From an uncultured Methanosarcinales archaeon (GTDB lineage Archaea > Nanobdellota > Nanobdellia > Woesearchaeales > CAIVOO01), in NCBI GenBank assembly GCA_964485195.1, contig CAZAIK010000001.1:1-64000 (forward strand): DNA of 64,000 bases. Reading direction: 5' to 3'. Positions 1 through 9,802 of the stretch are shown here, piece after piece; within the stretch, counting starts at the first letter, position 1; every line of letters begins with the position of its first letter. The notes under the pieces were generated by a model. That model was not told where the DNA came from. It did no database searches and was given only the letters and a program-made list of their open reading frames with translations. Made by a program: the position numbers and the translations under genes.

Positions 1-42
1 CACAGAAAACTTTATAAACCCTTTCCAAAGGTTTTTACTTAT

Positions 43-115
43 GCCCCAGTAGCTTAGCAGGTAGAGCGCATGGCTGTTAACCATGAGGTCGGCAGTTCGA
101 GTCTGCCCTGGGGCG
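43..115 (+). tRNA. tRNA-Asn(GTT), no intron
   Basis: Cloverleaf: GCCCCAG/CTGGGGC acceptor stem, CATGG-CT-GTT-AA-CCATG anticodon arm, GTTCGAG T-loop; BRE/TATA (GAAAACTTTATAAA) upstream. Confidence 0.97.
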
Positions 116-166
116 TTTTTTTAATAAAAGCAAAATTATTTAAAATCCAAACCCCTTTTCCTAAAT

Positions 167-811
167 ATGGCTGAGTTGCAAAAGCACGAACTTCTTACGC
201 GTTTTATCAGAAGGCTGAGAGACAAGATAGTTGAAATAAACAATCTCAAGAGAGACGCCAAAAGAATAAGGTTCAAAAAGGATAGGTTCATAATAGACCC
301 CTGGAGCAGAGCGAGAGGCTGGGAAATATATATAGACATTATAAAAGAGGAAGGAAGTAAATATGAGAAGGGGGAGGGAAATGTTGTCCTGCAGCCAACA
401 GAGCAAGAGAGAGAACTTGGAGAGGTTTTTGACGCAAGGCTCCTCCCCGTTATAATTTCAGATATTCTGGAAGAGGCAAGCCAGTTGCTTATGAAACTCC
501 CTTACATCGGCTTGAAAAAGGTCTCCCCTGAAGATGCACAGAAGGTTGAAGAACAGATACTTGATGAAAAGAATATGGAATTAATTGAACTGGCCATAAT
601 GAAGCTGGTGGACTTGCAGTATATAGCTACTATGCTTATGACCAGCTGTTCAGACCTTGAGGAATATAATGGGAAATGCCCTTCAAACCTCGTTAGATTT
701 GGCCCGGGAGACAGGCTTGCGCACCTTTTGCAGGATTTTGACAGCACATTTTCAATCATAGGGAAGAGGATAAACTGGAGTTATGGGCACAGGTTGGTAA
801 AAATCCAGTAG
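167..811 (+). CDS. hypothetical protein
   Basis: 214-aa ORF between two tRNA genes, TATA-like element upstream; no recognisable motif. Confidence 0.7.
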   Translation: MAELQKHELLTRFIRRLRDKIVEINNLKRDAKRIRFKKDRFIIDPWSRARGWEIYIDIIKEEGSKYEKGEGNVVLQPTEQERELGEVFDARLLPVIISDILEEASQLLMKLPYIGLKKVSPEDAQKVEEQILDEKNMELIELAIMKLVDLQYIATMLMTSCSDLEEYNGKCPSNLVRFGPGDRLAHLLQDFDSTFSIIGKRINWSYGHRLVKIQ

Positions 812-857
812 TCCTGAGAAACATTTATAAACCATTTCTAAGAGTTTTTTTCCCTAT

Positions 858-948
858 GGGCCCGTAGCTTAGCCTGGTTGGAGCGCACGACTGATATCCA
901 AAAAGGTAAGAAATCGTGAGGTCCCGAGTTCAAATCTCGGCGGGCCCA
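858..948 (+). tRNA. tRNA-Ile(GAT) with 16-nt canonical intron (897-912)
   Basis: GGGCCCG/CGGGCCC acceptor stem; CACGA-CT-GAT-A[intron]A-TCGTG; GTTCAAAT T-loop; GAGAAACATTTATAAA promoter. Confidence 0.95.
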
Positions 949-1283
949 CTTTTTGATATTCTTTTGGTATAGGGAAAAAACCTTTCCTGGTTCTTGCATT
1001 ACACTGCTATCATCTAACTTCCTATGCTTGATTGCCATGCAAGAAAGAAATATTTACTTATTGAAGCAGTGAGTTAGGTTAGAGTAGTTCTGGCAATTAA
1101 GCCACAATCGAGGGCAATTAATAAGAGATTAAGAACTGCCAGAAATAATTTCTTTTTATTATTAGAAACATTTAAAAATTAAGATGTTGTAGTTATTTTG
1201 GCCAAAAGCTGATGATTACCTTATCCCTATCTGACTGAAGTATGAGGATGGTTGAAATTTATGAATCTGGTCAAAATCATAAA

Positions 1284-1466
1284 ATGAAATGCAAGAACGG
1301 AAAGGAAGTTGAATGCAACTGCACCTATCCCTGCGAGAGGAAGGGGAACTGCTGTGAGTGCATAGCTTATCACAGGAGGATGGGGGAACTGCCTGCCTGT
1401 TACTTTGACAAGGAAGCAGAGGCAACCTATGACAGGAGTGTTGAGGCCTTTCTCAATCAGAAGTGA
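1284..1466 (+). CDS. small Cys-rich protein (DUF6485-like)
   Basis: [20 protein letters not shown]...ELPACYF pattern; ATG at 1284 chosen, start uncertain. Confidence 0.75.
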   Translation: MKCKNGKEVECNCTYPCERKGNCCECIAYHRRMGELPACYFDKEAEATYDRSVEAFLNQK

Positions 1467-1941
1467 TTCTTGCCTTTTTCAGGTCGGCATACTGCCCCAG
1501 CACAGCCCATAAATGCTTTATTTTATAGTATTCCCTTTTTTGGACTTCCCCCCTGCTCTGGACTTTCCAGTCGTCGGGCTGGTGTTTGGCAGGATGGTTT
1601 GTCGTAGGGACTGAGGCAACAGGCTCTCCCTCTTTCATTATGTCTATTTTGAATTTGCTTTCCCCAAGCTGGTAAGCTCCCTGTCCTGTAGCATTAAGAT
1701 AGCTGTTGATGTCTCTTAAAACATCTTTCAGCTCTCCACTTTTCCGTAAAGATGACAATGGAGCTTTCAGGAAGGGCAGCTTTTTCACTACTTTTTTGCC
1801 TTCCTCTGTTTCCACCTCTTTTGTGACTCCATACCTGTCTGACAGGAAGTCCAGCAGGGTTTTCCCGGGGTCAAAGAAGGAGACTTTTCTTCCGGTTTCT
1901 TCATTATCCAGAATATCCTCAACATCCCAATCTGGCGTCAT
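1453..1941 (-). CDS. hypothetical protein
   Basis: 162-aa ORF with GGTGA SD and TATA upstream. Confidence 0.7.
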   Translation of the reverse strand: MTPDWDVEDILDNEETGRKVSFFDPGKTLLDFLSDRYGVTKEVETEEGKKVVKKLPFLKAPLSSLRKSGELKDVLRDINSYLNATGQGAYQLGESKFKIDIMKEGEPVASVPTTNHPAKHQPDDWKVQSRGEVQKREYYKIKHLWAVLGQYADLKKARITSD

Positions 1942-2040
1942 AAAAGACCAGATTCACCCTCATTTATAAACTTTTGGTATTGTTACCATTTATTAATAAG
2001 AAATAGAAACTTTATAAACTGCCATGCCAGACCATAATGT

Positions 2041-5000
2041 GTGAAAAAGGCAAAAATAAGGGAAGAATATGAAGAGAGCGTAATTAATCTTGCCATGGAC
2101 ACAATAATCAGGGGAAAGCAGGCGCTTGTATTTGTCTCCACCAAGGCAGGCTCTGAAGCCACAGCTGAAAAGATAGCGAGGAAAGCAAAAACAAGCCCTG
2201 AAATGACAGGGATTTCTGAGGAACTGCTTCACGCGCTCCCAAGGCCCACAAGGCAGTGCGAAAGGCTGGCAAGAGTGGCAAAAAAAGGAGTGGTGTTCCA
2301 CCATTCAGGGCTGCACCACAAGCAGAGGGAAATAATAGAGGAAGAGTTCAGGAAAGGCACAGTAAGGACAATATGCTGCACTCCTACTCTATGTTTGGCA
2401 GGAGATACCATGCTCTGGCACGGCATTCATGAAACTAAAGTTGCAAAGTTCCAAAGCTCTAATCCACTTTTTGTGCTTTCTGATAATAATTTAATAAAAA
2501 TGAAAGCTCAAGGTATTCAAAAAATAGGCAATGAATCCAAACTTATCCAAATTTCTTCAGCTTCAGGATATTCAATCAAGGTAACGCCAGAACATAAAAT
2601 GCTGGTCAAAAGGAAGAGCAAGAAATGCCTGATTCCTGCCAAGAAAATCAGAAAAAATGACAGGATTGCCACAATTGGCAAATTAAGCCTGGCAAAAAAT
2701 CGCACTCCCAAAATTAAAGATTTCATTATAGACAACGAGTTGACAGCGCCAAACAGTAAATTTAATCCTGATTTGTCCTATTTAATTGGCATAATGCTCG
2801 GGGATGGCTATTCCGGAGCTGAGACAGTTGAAGGAACAATCAAATATAAAGGGTCTCCTTCAATTGTTGGGATTGATAATGAAATTTTCTTATCAACCGC
2901 GGAAAGCTGCAATGCGCTAAAATTAAAGTACAGAAAAACAAGAACCTTTCACGGTGCTCCACAAGCTATCCTGGGAAAAAACAAGTGGTTTAGGGAATTC
3001 TTGGTCAGATGCGGTGTAGAAAAAAGGGACAGAAAGCACATATCTGAAAAATTAATGGCGATGGATCCTGAGAATGTTTCCTCAATGTTAAAAGGGTTAT
3101 TTGACACTGATGGGTTTGTAAACAAAAAGAGAAGTGTGGGTTTTAGCAGCGTTTCCGAAAGATTGGCCAGACAAACCCAAAAATTGCTTTTAAGATTTGG
3201 AATAGTTTCAACAGTCAGAAAAAGAAAGGGAAGTTCTATGAAAATCTATGAAAAAACATATAAAACCCTGCCTATTTACGAATTATTGGTATCCAACAAA
3301 AGAAGCATTCTTAATTTTTACAAATTCATAGGATTCAGGATAAAAAGAAAAGAAAATGAGCTTTTCGGGCTGATAGTTAAAATCTGCGCTAATTTTCACT
3401 ATGTCTCTTGCAGCAATTGTGATTACAAGGTGTATAAAGACCTCTTTACTGGAAGAACAAAAAGGCAAAAAGAAAAAGCCAACATCAGATTACAGGTCGT
3501 TAAACTGCTCGGCAAAGAGGGAGAGTCAGGTTCGCGGGAGATTAGGAGAATCATAGGAGAAAATCCTAGAAGCAAGGAGAGCAGGCTTAATCATCATTAC
3601 GAACTAATAAAAAAAAGCAAATCCGGAAGCACAGAATGGCTATGGAGCCTTAATCCCATAGGAAAATGGATTTATAAAAACATAATTCAAAATAACAAAG
3701 ACGTTAGCGAGTTTCTTAAAATACAAAAATGTCCCTTGTGCAAGAAAGAAATGGATTTCATAATTAAAAAGGGATGGAGAGGCTCGGATTTTGAAGGGGA
3801 TATTTTCTGGGATTTCGTCAAGGAAATAAAAACAGTGCCTTCTGAGCCATATGTTTACGACGTTGCATTGCCTGATAATCCTGAAAACAGCCATATGTTT
3901 GTAGCAAATGGTTTTGTCGTGCATAATTCCGCAGGAGTAGACCTCCCCGCATTCAGGACTATCCTCAAGGACCTGAAAAGATATGACGGAAGATGGGGCT
4001 ATTCCTGGATTCCCGTGCTTGAATACCAGCAGATGTCCGGAAGGGCCGGCAGGCCGGGAATGGAAGATTTTGGGGAAGCAATAGCAATCGCGTCAAATGA
4101 AAACGAGAAAGAGGAGATTCATGAAAGATACATCAACGGGGAGGTGGAGCCCGTTTATTCAAAGCTTGCAGTTGAGCCTGTCCTGAGAACATACATTCTT
4201 TCACTGATTGCAACTGAAGTCGTGAGGACAGAGAAACAGCTCATTGAATTCTTCAGCAGGACATTCTGGGCAATGCAGTACAAGGACACAAAAAAGCTGA
4301 ACAAGAAGATAGTTCAGATGGCCGAGCTCCTAAAGGATTTTGAATTCATTTCCTCATCAGAACCAGAATTTGTTTCAGCAGATGAAATAGGGAACAACAA
4401 GCTGAATGCCACAAAACTGGGAAGCCGGGTTGCGCAGCTATACATAGACCCCCTCACCGCGCACAGCCTAATAACAGGAATGAAAAAGGCAGGCAACAAG
4501 CCCTCTGTTTTCTCAATGCTTCAGCTGGTGAGCTACCAACTTGAGCTTAGGCCAAGATTAAGGCTGAGAAAGAGCGATTATGAAAGGGTGAATGACAAGA
4601 TATTGTCAGAGGACCTGCTGGTGAACGAGCCGGTCATTTACGACCCTGAATACTCGGATTTCCTGGACTCTGTGAAGACTGCAATGTTCTTTGAGGACTG
4701 GATTGGCGAAAAAACTGAGGAAGAGCTTTTGGAAAAATACAATGTCAGGCCCGGCGAGATAAAGGTAAAGACAGAGAATGCTGAATGGCTTCTTTACTCT
4801 GCGGAAGAGCTGGCAAAGATGATTGAAAGACAGGACTTGGTCAAGGAAATAATAAGGTTAAGGTTCAGAGTCATTAACGGAGTGAAGGAAGATGTGCTGC
4901 CATTACTGCAGCTGAAAGGGGTAGGAAGGGTCAAGTCAAGAAGATTGCTTAACAACAAGATTAAAACACTAAAGGACATAAAGGAGGCAAGCCTAACCAC

Positions 5001-5130
5001 CTTGTCGCAGGTAATAGGGGCGAAAACAGCGGCAAGTGTCAAGGAACAGCTTGGCGAAAAACCAATTAAGATACCTGAAAGAAAAAGAAAAGGCCAGCTG
5101 AGCTTGCTGGGTTATAAGGAAAAAGAATGA
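2041..5130 (+). CDS. hel308: Hel308/Ski2-like helicase, N-terminally truncated (RecA2, winged helix, ratchet, HhH), intein-containing
   Basis: ALVFVSTK, GVVFHHSGL, TPTL/SAGVDLPA, QMSGRAGRPG, LLQLKGVGR; C-terminal PIP-like QLSLLGY; no Walker A or DExH. Confidence 0.88.
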   Translation: MKKAKIREEYEESVINLAMDTIIRGKQALVFVSTKAGSEATAEKIARKAKTSPEMTGISEELLHALPRPTRQCERLARVAKKGVVFHHSGLHHKQREIIEEEFRKGTVRTICCTPTLCLAGDTMLWHGIHETKVAKFQSSNPLFVLSDNNLIKMKAQGIQKIGNESKLIQISSASGYSIKVTPEHKMLVKRKSKKCLIPAKKIRKNDRIATIGKLSLAKNRTPKIKDFIIDNELTAPNSKFNPDLSYLIGIMLGDGYSGAETVEGTIKYKGSPSIVGIDNEIFLSTAESCNALKLKYRKTRTFHGAPQAILGKNKWFREFLVRCGVEKRDRKHISEKLMAMDPENVSSMLKGLFDTDGFVNKKRSVGFSSVSERLARQTQKLLLRFGIVSTVRKRKGSSMKIYEKTYKTLPIYELLVSNKRSILNFYKFIGFRIKRKENELFGLIVKICANFHYVSCSNCDYKVYKDLFTGRTKRQKEKANIRLQVVKLLGKEGESGSREIRRIIGENPRSKESRLNHHYELIKKSKSGSTEWLWSLNPIGKWIYKNIIQNNKDVSEFLKIQKCPLCKKEMDFIIKKGWRGSDFEGDIFWDFVKEIKTVPSEPYVYDVALPDNPENSHMFVANGFVVHNSAGVDLPAFRTILKDLKRYDGRWGYSWIPVLEYQQMSGRAGRPGMEDFGEAIAIASNENEKEEIHERYINGEVEPVYSKLAVEPVLRTYILSLIATEVVRTEKQLIEFFSRTFWAMQYKDTKKLNKKIVQMAELLKDFEFISSSEPEFVSADEIGNNKLNATKLGSRVAQLYIDPLTAHSLITGMKKAGNKPSVFSMLQLVSYQLELRPRLRLRKSDYERVNDKILSEDLLVNEPVIYDPEYSDFLDSVKTAMFFEDWIGEKTEEELLEKYNVRPGEIKVKTENAEWLLYSAEELAKMIERQDLVKEIIRLRFRVINGVKEDVLPLLQLKGVGRVKSRRLLNNKIKTLKDIKEASLTTLSQVIGAKTAASVKEQLGEKPIKIPERKRKGQLSLLGYKEKE
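2392..3927 (+). mobile_element. intein (512 aa) with LAGLIDADG homing endonuclease in hel308
   Basis: Starts CLAGDT, ends VVHN followed by Ser; LIGIMLGDG and LKGLFDTDG blocks; removal restores TPTL-SAGVDLPA. Confidence 0.95.
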
Positions 5131-5936
5131 AAAGCATAAATTTCCAAAAGCCAAAAATTGATGAGCTGAAAAAGCAGTTTACCTGCGTTGACGCCCACTG
5201 CCACACCAGTTTTTCAGACGGGGCAAGCCTCAGGAAGATTCTGGAAAAATGCAGCAGGAGAGGTATTGGTGTTTGCATCACAGACCACAACCAGGTAAAG
5301 GGCGCTGTGGAAGCCCTGAAGCAGAAAAAGGTTATGGTTGTTCCGGGAATAGAAGTCAACACCTCTGAAGGCCCTCACTTCCTGGCCTACTTCTACAGCG
5401 TCAATGAACTTAAGGATTTTTATTACAAGAACATACATTCAAAAAGATTTTTCAATATGAAAAAGTTCACCAGCATGGCAGACATTAAAATGATAGAGCT
5501 TGTGGAAAAGCTCGAAAAATATAATTGCGTGAAATGCCTGCCGCATCCTCACGCCCCTGCCTGGGGAAACATCAGCAGGCTGAAAGAAAAAAAAGAAATC
5601 CTGCGAAAAGTGGATGCAGTAGAGGTAATCTCAGGCCTGCAGACAAGAAATTCAAACAAAAAGGCCTGCGAAACCCAGATGAGACATCACAAGGCAGTTA
5701 CTGCCGGAAGCGACGCCCACGGCGTTATGGACGTGGGGAACTGCCTGACCTTGACAAAAGCATCCAATGCCGATGAATTCCTTGACGCCATAAGGAAGAA
5801 GAGAACAATCGCAGTGGGAAAGGAAAAGCTAATGCAGAAGGCAATGCAGACAACAAGATGGGTGAGGAAGGACATAAGAAGGATTAAAACTATTGTAGCC
5901 AACAAGCTCTTTTCAAGAAACGACGAGATGCCATAA
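5127..5936 (+). CDS. PHP-domain metallophosphoesterase
   Basis: DAHCHTSFSDG, ITDHN, PGIEV, PHP, GSDAH. Confidence 0.92.
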   Translation: MKSINFQKPKIDELKKQFTCVDAHCHTSFSDGASLRKILEKCSRRGIGVCITDHNQVKGAVEALKQKKVMVVPGIEVNTSEGPHFLAYFYSVNELKDFYYKNIHSKRFFNMKKFTSMADIKMIELVEKLEKYNCVKCLPHPHAPAWGNISRLKEKKEILRKVDAVEVISGLQTRNSNKKACETQMRHHKAVTAGSDAHGVMDVGNCLTLTKASNADEFLDAIRKKRTIAVGKEKLMQKAMQTTRWVRKDIRRIKTIVANKLFSRNDEMP

Positions 5937-6024
5937 GCCCCTGTAGTCCAGTCTGGACAGGATACAAGCTTGCGGAAGAACCTGCAAACAGCTTGCGGCC
6001 CGGGTTCAAATCCCGGCAGGGGCA
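5937..6024 (+). tRNA. tRNA-Arg(GCG) with 14-nt canonical intron (5976-5989)
   Basis: GCCCCTG/CAGGGGC acceptor stem; CAAGC-TT-GCG-G[intron]A-GCTTG; begins immediately after the PHP stop codon. Confidence 0.93.
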
Positions 6025-6032
6025 TTTGTGAT

Positions 6033-6533
6033 TTACTTTGTAATCCCCCACATATGCAAGTCAACGAATTTGTTCTTCTTTTTCTTATATTTCTTTCTCA
6101 CTCCCTCAAATCTGAACCCTGCTTTTTCCATCGCCCTTCCCGACGCGGGGTTGTCTGAATCATTGTCCGCCTGAATCCTGTACAATTTCAAGTTCTGGAA
6201 GCCGAGCTTAACTGCCTGTTTTATTGCCTCTGTTGCTATGCCCTTCCCCCAAAACTTCCTTCCGACAAAGAAGCCCAGATCATACCTTCCCTTGTCCTTG
6301 CTTGGGTTTTCCAGGATTATGCTTCCTGCTATTTTATCATCCGCAACTATCGTGAATGAAAAAGCTTTTTTTGTTTTCCAATCTTTAATCCCTTTTTCAA
6401 TGTCTTTTCTTATCCTGCTTAGAGGGCAGGGGCAAGGATAACCGCTAAGCTGCTTCAATACCTCTTTGTCATTAATCAGTTCTCTTAAAGCTTCTGCATC
6501 AGAAAGTTTTGTTTTTCTAATCTCTATCTTCAT
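6033..6533 (-). CDS. GNAT acetyltransferase, RimJ/RimL family
   Basis: FWGKGIATEA, NPASGRAMEKAGFRFEG. Confidence 0.92.
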   Translation of the reverse strand: MKIEIRKTKLSDAEALRELINDKEVLKQLSGYPCPCPLSRIRKDIEKGIKDWKTKKAFSFTIVADDKIAGSIILENPSKDKGRYDLGFFVGRKFWGKGIATEAIKQAVKLGFQNLKLYRIQADNDSDNPASGRAMEKAGFRFEGVRKKYKKKKNKFVDLHMWGITK

Positions 6534-6637
6534 TTTTAATGCAAAGGGAAAGAAAAATTATAAAGCTTTCCCTTGTTTCTTCAAGGCCTTCAGGCTCCAA
6601 TCAGAACATTAATAAAGAATTTTGTTATTTTTCTATT

Positions 6638-6973
6638 ATGAACTTTGAATTCAAAAGAGACAAATACAAAAGGGCCAGGGGAACTTATTCCAGGTTGGTA
6701 AATTTATACTGCAGGGCTTGCGGGAATTTTCTTGCGGTTTATCAAAAGGATGGCCCGGGCAATTTAAGGAGGCTCTATATGGACAGGATATTTTATCCAG
6801 CAAAATTGGCAAATCTGCAGTATAAATCTTTAAATGACATTCCGATGTTGAAATGTTCCAAGTGCAAGGAAGATATTGCCACACCTTACATTTATGAAAA
6901 AGAAAATCGTAAGGCATTCAAAGTTTATCAGGATATGGTTGTAAAGAGAACAAGAAGGTTAAAAGAAGCTTAA
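6638..6973 (+). CDS. hypothetical zinc-ribbon protein
   Basis: CRACG...YQKDGPGNLRRLYMDRI...CSKC; ATG at 6638 chosen. Confidence 0.75.
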   Translation: MNFEFKRDKYKRARGTYSRLVNLYCRACGNFLAVYQKDGPGNLRRLYMDRIFYPAKLANLQYKSLNDIPMLKCSKCKEDIATPYIYEKENRKAFKVYQDMVVKRTRRLKEA

Positions 6974-6978
6974 GATTC

Positions 6979-9768
6979 TTACTGCCCCGCCTTCCTCTGT
7001 TCCTTGTAGAAGGCTTTTACCATTGCTGATGTGCTGGCGTCTTCTGATGAGCGGTCTTCCCTCAGCCTCAGCAGCCTGGGGAATCTCAAGGCGTATCCTG
7101 AGCTATAGGTTGGCGATTTCTGTATTTCCTCGTATGTCACCTCAACAACAACTTCCGGCCTTATCCTGACTTCGTTTCCCTTTTCAGATGTTATGAGGGG
7201 CTTGAGCAGGTCAGTCAATTGCTGGAATGAAACGCCCTGCTCTTCCTTTTCCTTTATTCCTGTGCCAACCTTTCCCACTTCAAGGAACTCTCCTGTCTCC
7301 TCGTCCCTGCAGGCAAGCACGTAGCTTGACAGCCAGCCTGCCCTCTTGCCTGTTCCCCATTCAGCTCCCACTATCACCAAATCAAGCTCCTTCATTGTGG
7401 GCTTCAGCTTCACCATGAAACCCACTCTTGAGCCGGGCTTGTAAGGGGCTTCAAGCTTTTTCATCATCACTCCTTCCTGACCTATTTCAAGGGATTCCTT
7501 GTAGAACTTCTCTGCCTCTGCTTTCTTGCCAGTAACCAATTGCTTTGCCAGCACCATATCCCATTTTTTTGGATTTATTAATTTTTCAATCAATCCCCTT
7601 CTTTCCTTGAAAGGTATCTTTAGCGTGTTCTTGTCATTGTAGTAAAGTATGTCAAAGACATTCACCTCAACAGGAAATTCCTTTGCCATTCTTTCAATTT
7701 CATATTTTCTTTTTATCCTCTGGGATATGTTCTGGAAGGGCAGGTAGTTCTTAGTTTCAGGGTTGTAGCCCACAACTTCCGAGTCAAGGATGAAAACTTC
7801 ATTGGGAGTCTGCTCCCTGACAGCCTTTGCTATGTCGGGGAATTGCTTAGTAACATTCTCCAGTCTTCTTGTAAATATGCTAATCTCATTTTTATTCCTA
7901 TGTATCTGGCAGTTGTGAAGAGAGAATAATGTTGTGCAATAACTCTCATCATCTTTGATCTGGAGATTGTATAGCAGGGTTCTGGGATCTCTCCTTTTAA
8001 TCTCTTGCAGTTTTAAAAGCTTAACCAGGATATAATTTCCTTTAATTTTATAATGTTTTTTTGATTTTAACAGCATTAATTTATAATAAGTCTTCCCGCC
8101 AATCCTGAATTTTTTTAGGGCAATAACGACGCGATGTTTAAGGGCTACAAGTTGGGCAAACATTGCAAGATCTCTCTCCTTTGTTGTTATTGATGATCTT
8201 CCAAGTGAATCAGTATGACCGTCAGAATCTATCCATCCTTCCAGAAAGGCTAGAAACTGCTGCTTGGAGAGGTTATAAAACCATTCAGGGAGCATTTTGC
8301 CTTTCCATTCCCTTCTAAAAAGGGCGGAAAGCCAGATTCTCAGCGGTTTATCCCGCCAGTAGAGTGATACCTTCATTCTCTGCCTGCTCTCTGATATCTT
8401 TGTGATTTTCAGAGTTTTAGTAATGATTTTCCGGTATTTTTTAATTTTTTTTGTATGGTCTTTATTGAATACCAATCCAACCCTTTCAGTATTATGGTAC
8501 TCATTTGTGAACCCATCCCCTATCCAATAACCTAAAAATCTAAAAAAGTCCAAAGAGGGGCATATTAACTTTGAATAGTTTGAAGAATCTTTTAAATATA
8601 ATTTTTTCCCGGGTGGCTCGTCTTTAACAGTAAATGAAGGGATTGGAAAAGCTACCAAGTCTTTTTTAACAAGACTTTCAGAATTAATCCATTTTAGCTT
8701 TCCTTCCCTTTCAGTTAGGACAGCGTGGCCTTCTGAAATTCTAAACTCATTCCCTAAAAATGACTGAATATTGAATAATCTTTCCTTCTTGCCTATCTTC
8801 CTTTTATTAGTTGCAGTTACTTTTCTAAACCGACCTTTATGTGATAGAACGAGATCATTTTTTTTAATGTCTTTTATAGACAATAAACCCTTTTTATAAA
8901 CATAGATGGGGGTGTGGCCCGTAACACAACGAAACCCGTCGTATTTGTATTCTATTGCCGCCGGCTCCCCGACCCTTTCAAACCCTTCCTTCACGTCCTC
9001 AACCTTCTGGGCGAGCATTACCTTCACTGGCTTGCCCAGCACAAGCTCTATTGCCTTCACTCCTTTTTCCCCTTCTTTCTTTGCGGCCCTGGCCACCACT
9101 GAGAAATCATTTGCAGCGTCATAAGCATTCTGCACTATGTCTATGAAATAATTGTACTTGTCCCTGTTCTGCTCTGGAAATCTTATGTTGTTCTTCTTCT
9201 CTTCATATTCCAGGCCTATTTCCTCCCTGAAGAATGCCCAAACTATGGCATCCCTTATTGTCCCTTCCCCCAGCCCTACTCTCAGCTCTTCCAGCACTGT
9301 TCTTGCTATGTATCTTGCTTCCTTTGGCTTTGCGCTGGACAATAATTCAGCAACAAGCTTTATCTTCCTGTCAACACTCCCCTCCCCTTCAAGGGTTGTC
9401 AGTTTCTGTATGTTATCAAAGACCTTGGAAACTGTCAGTTCAGAGGAAAAGAGCGTTCTTTGTCTTTTCTTTGCAGCAAGCTCCTCTGCTGTGATTCCCA
9501 AATCCCCTTTTTTCCTGTAGCTTTCCTCAATGCTTTCTTTGGGGAGGCCTGTTGCTATTTCCAGTGCCTTTATCATCATCCTGGAGGCAAAGCCTATCTT
9601 CCTCTCATCCCACCTGGGGAAGGCCCTTCCCTGTATAAGCAGGATTACCTTGTCAACATCCTCTGCAGGTGTTTCCCTCAGGAATTCAGAAAGTATGTGT
9701 GTTTTCTCAAGCCTTTTGGCGGTATTCTCAAGCTTTTCATAAACTTCTGCCAGCTGTGAATATTTCAT
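6979..9768 (-). CDS. lig: ATP-dependent DNA ligase, intein-containing
   Basis: EYKYDGFR motif I, ILDSEVV, VFDIL, EGVMMK, ALRFPR. Confidence 0.97.
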   Translation of the reverse strand: MKYSQLAEVYEKLENTAKRLEKTHILSEFLRETPAEDVDKVILLIQGRAFPRWDERKIGFASRMMIKALEIATGLPKESIEESYRKKGDLGITAEELAAKKRQRTLFSSELTVSKVFDNIQKLTTLEGEGSVDRKIKLVAELLSSAKPKEARYIARTVLEELRVGLGEGTIRDAIVWAFFREEIGLEYEEKKNNIRFPEQNRDKYNYFIDIVQNAYDAANDFSVVARAAKKEGEKGVKAIELVLGKPVKVMLAQKVEDVKEGFERVGEPAAIEYKYDGFRCVTGHTPIYVYKKGLLSIKDIKKNDLVLSHKGRFRKVTATNKRKIGKKERLFNIQSFLGNEFRISEGHAVLTEREGKLKWINSESLVKKDLVAFPIPSFTVKDEPPGKKLYLKDSSNYSKLICPSLDFFRFLGYWIGDGFTNEYHNTERVGLVFNKDHTKKIKKYRKIITKTLKITKISESRQRMKVSLYWRDKPLRIWLSALFRREWKGKMLPEWFYNLSKQQFLAFLEGWIDSDGHTDSLGRSSITTKERDLAMFAQLVALKHRVVIALKKFRIGGKTYYKLMLLKSKKHYKIKGNYILVKLLKLQEIKRRDPRTLLYNLQIKDDESYCTTLFSLHNCQIHRNKNEISIFTRRLENVTKQFPDIAKAVREQTPNEVFILDSEVVGYNPETKNYLPFQNISQRIKRKYEIERMAKEFPVEVNVFDILYYNDKNTLKIPFKERRGLIEKLINPKKWDMVLAKQLVTGKKAEAEKFYKESLEIGQEGVMMKKLEAPYKPGSRVGFMVKLKPTMKELDLVIVGAEWGTGKRAGWLSSYVLACRDEETGEFLEVGKVGTGIKEKEEQGVSFQQLTDLLKPLITSEKGNEVRIRPEVVVEVTYEEIQKSPTYSSGYALRFPRLLRLREDRSSEDASTSAMVKAFYKEQRKAGQ
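7912..8928 (-). mobile_element. intein (339 aa) with LAGLIDADG endonuclease in DNA ligase
   Basis: CVTGHT...SLHN followed by Cys; FLGYWIGDG and LEGWIDSDG; removal restores KYDGFR-CQIH. Confidence 0.95.
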
Positions 9769-9802
9769 ATTGCCAGAAGAAGGTCTGCTGTTTAAAAAGT
9801 TT

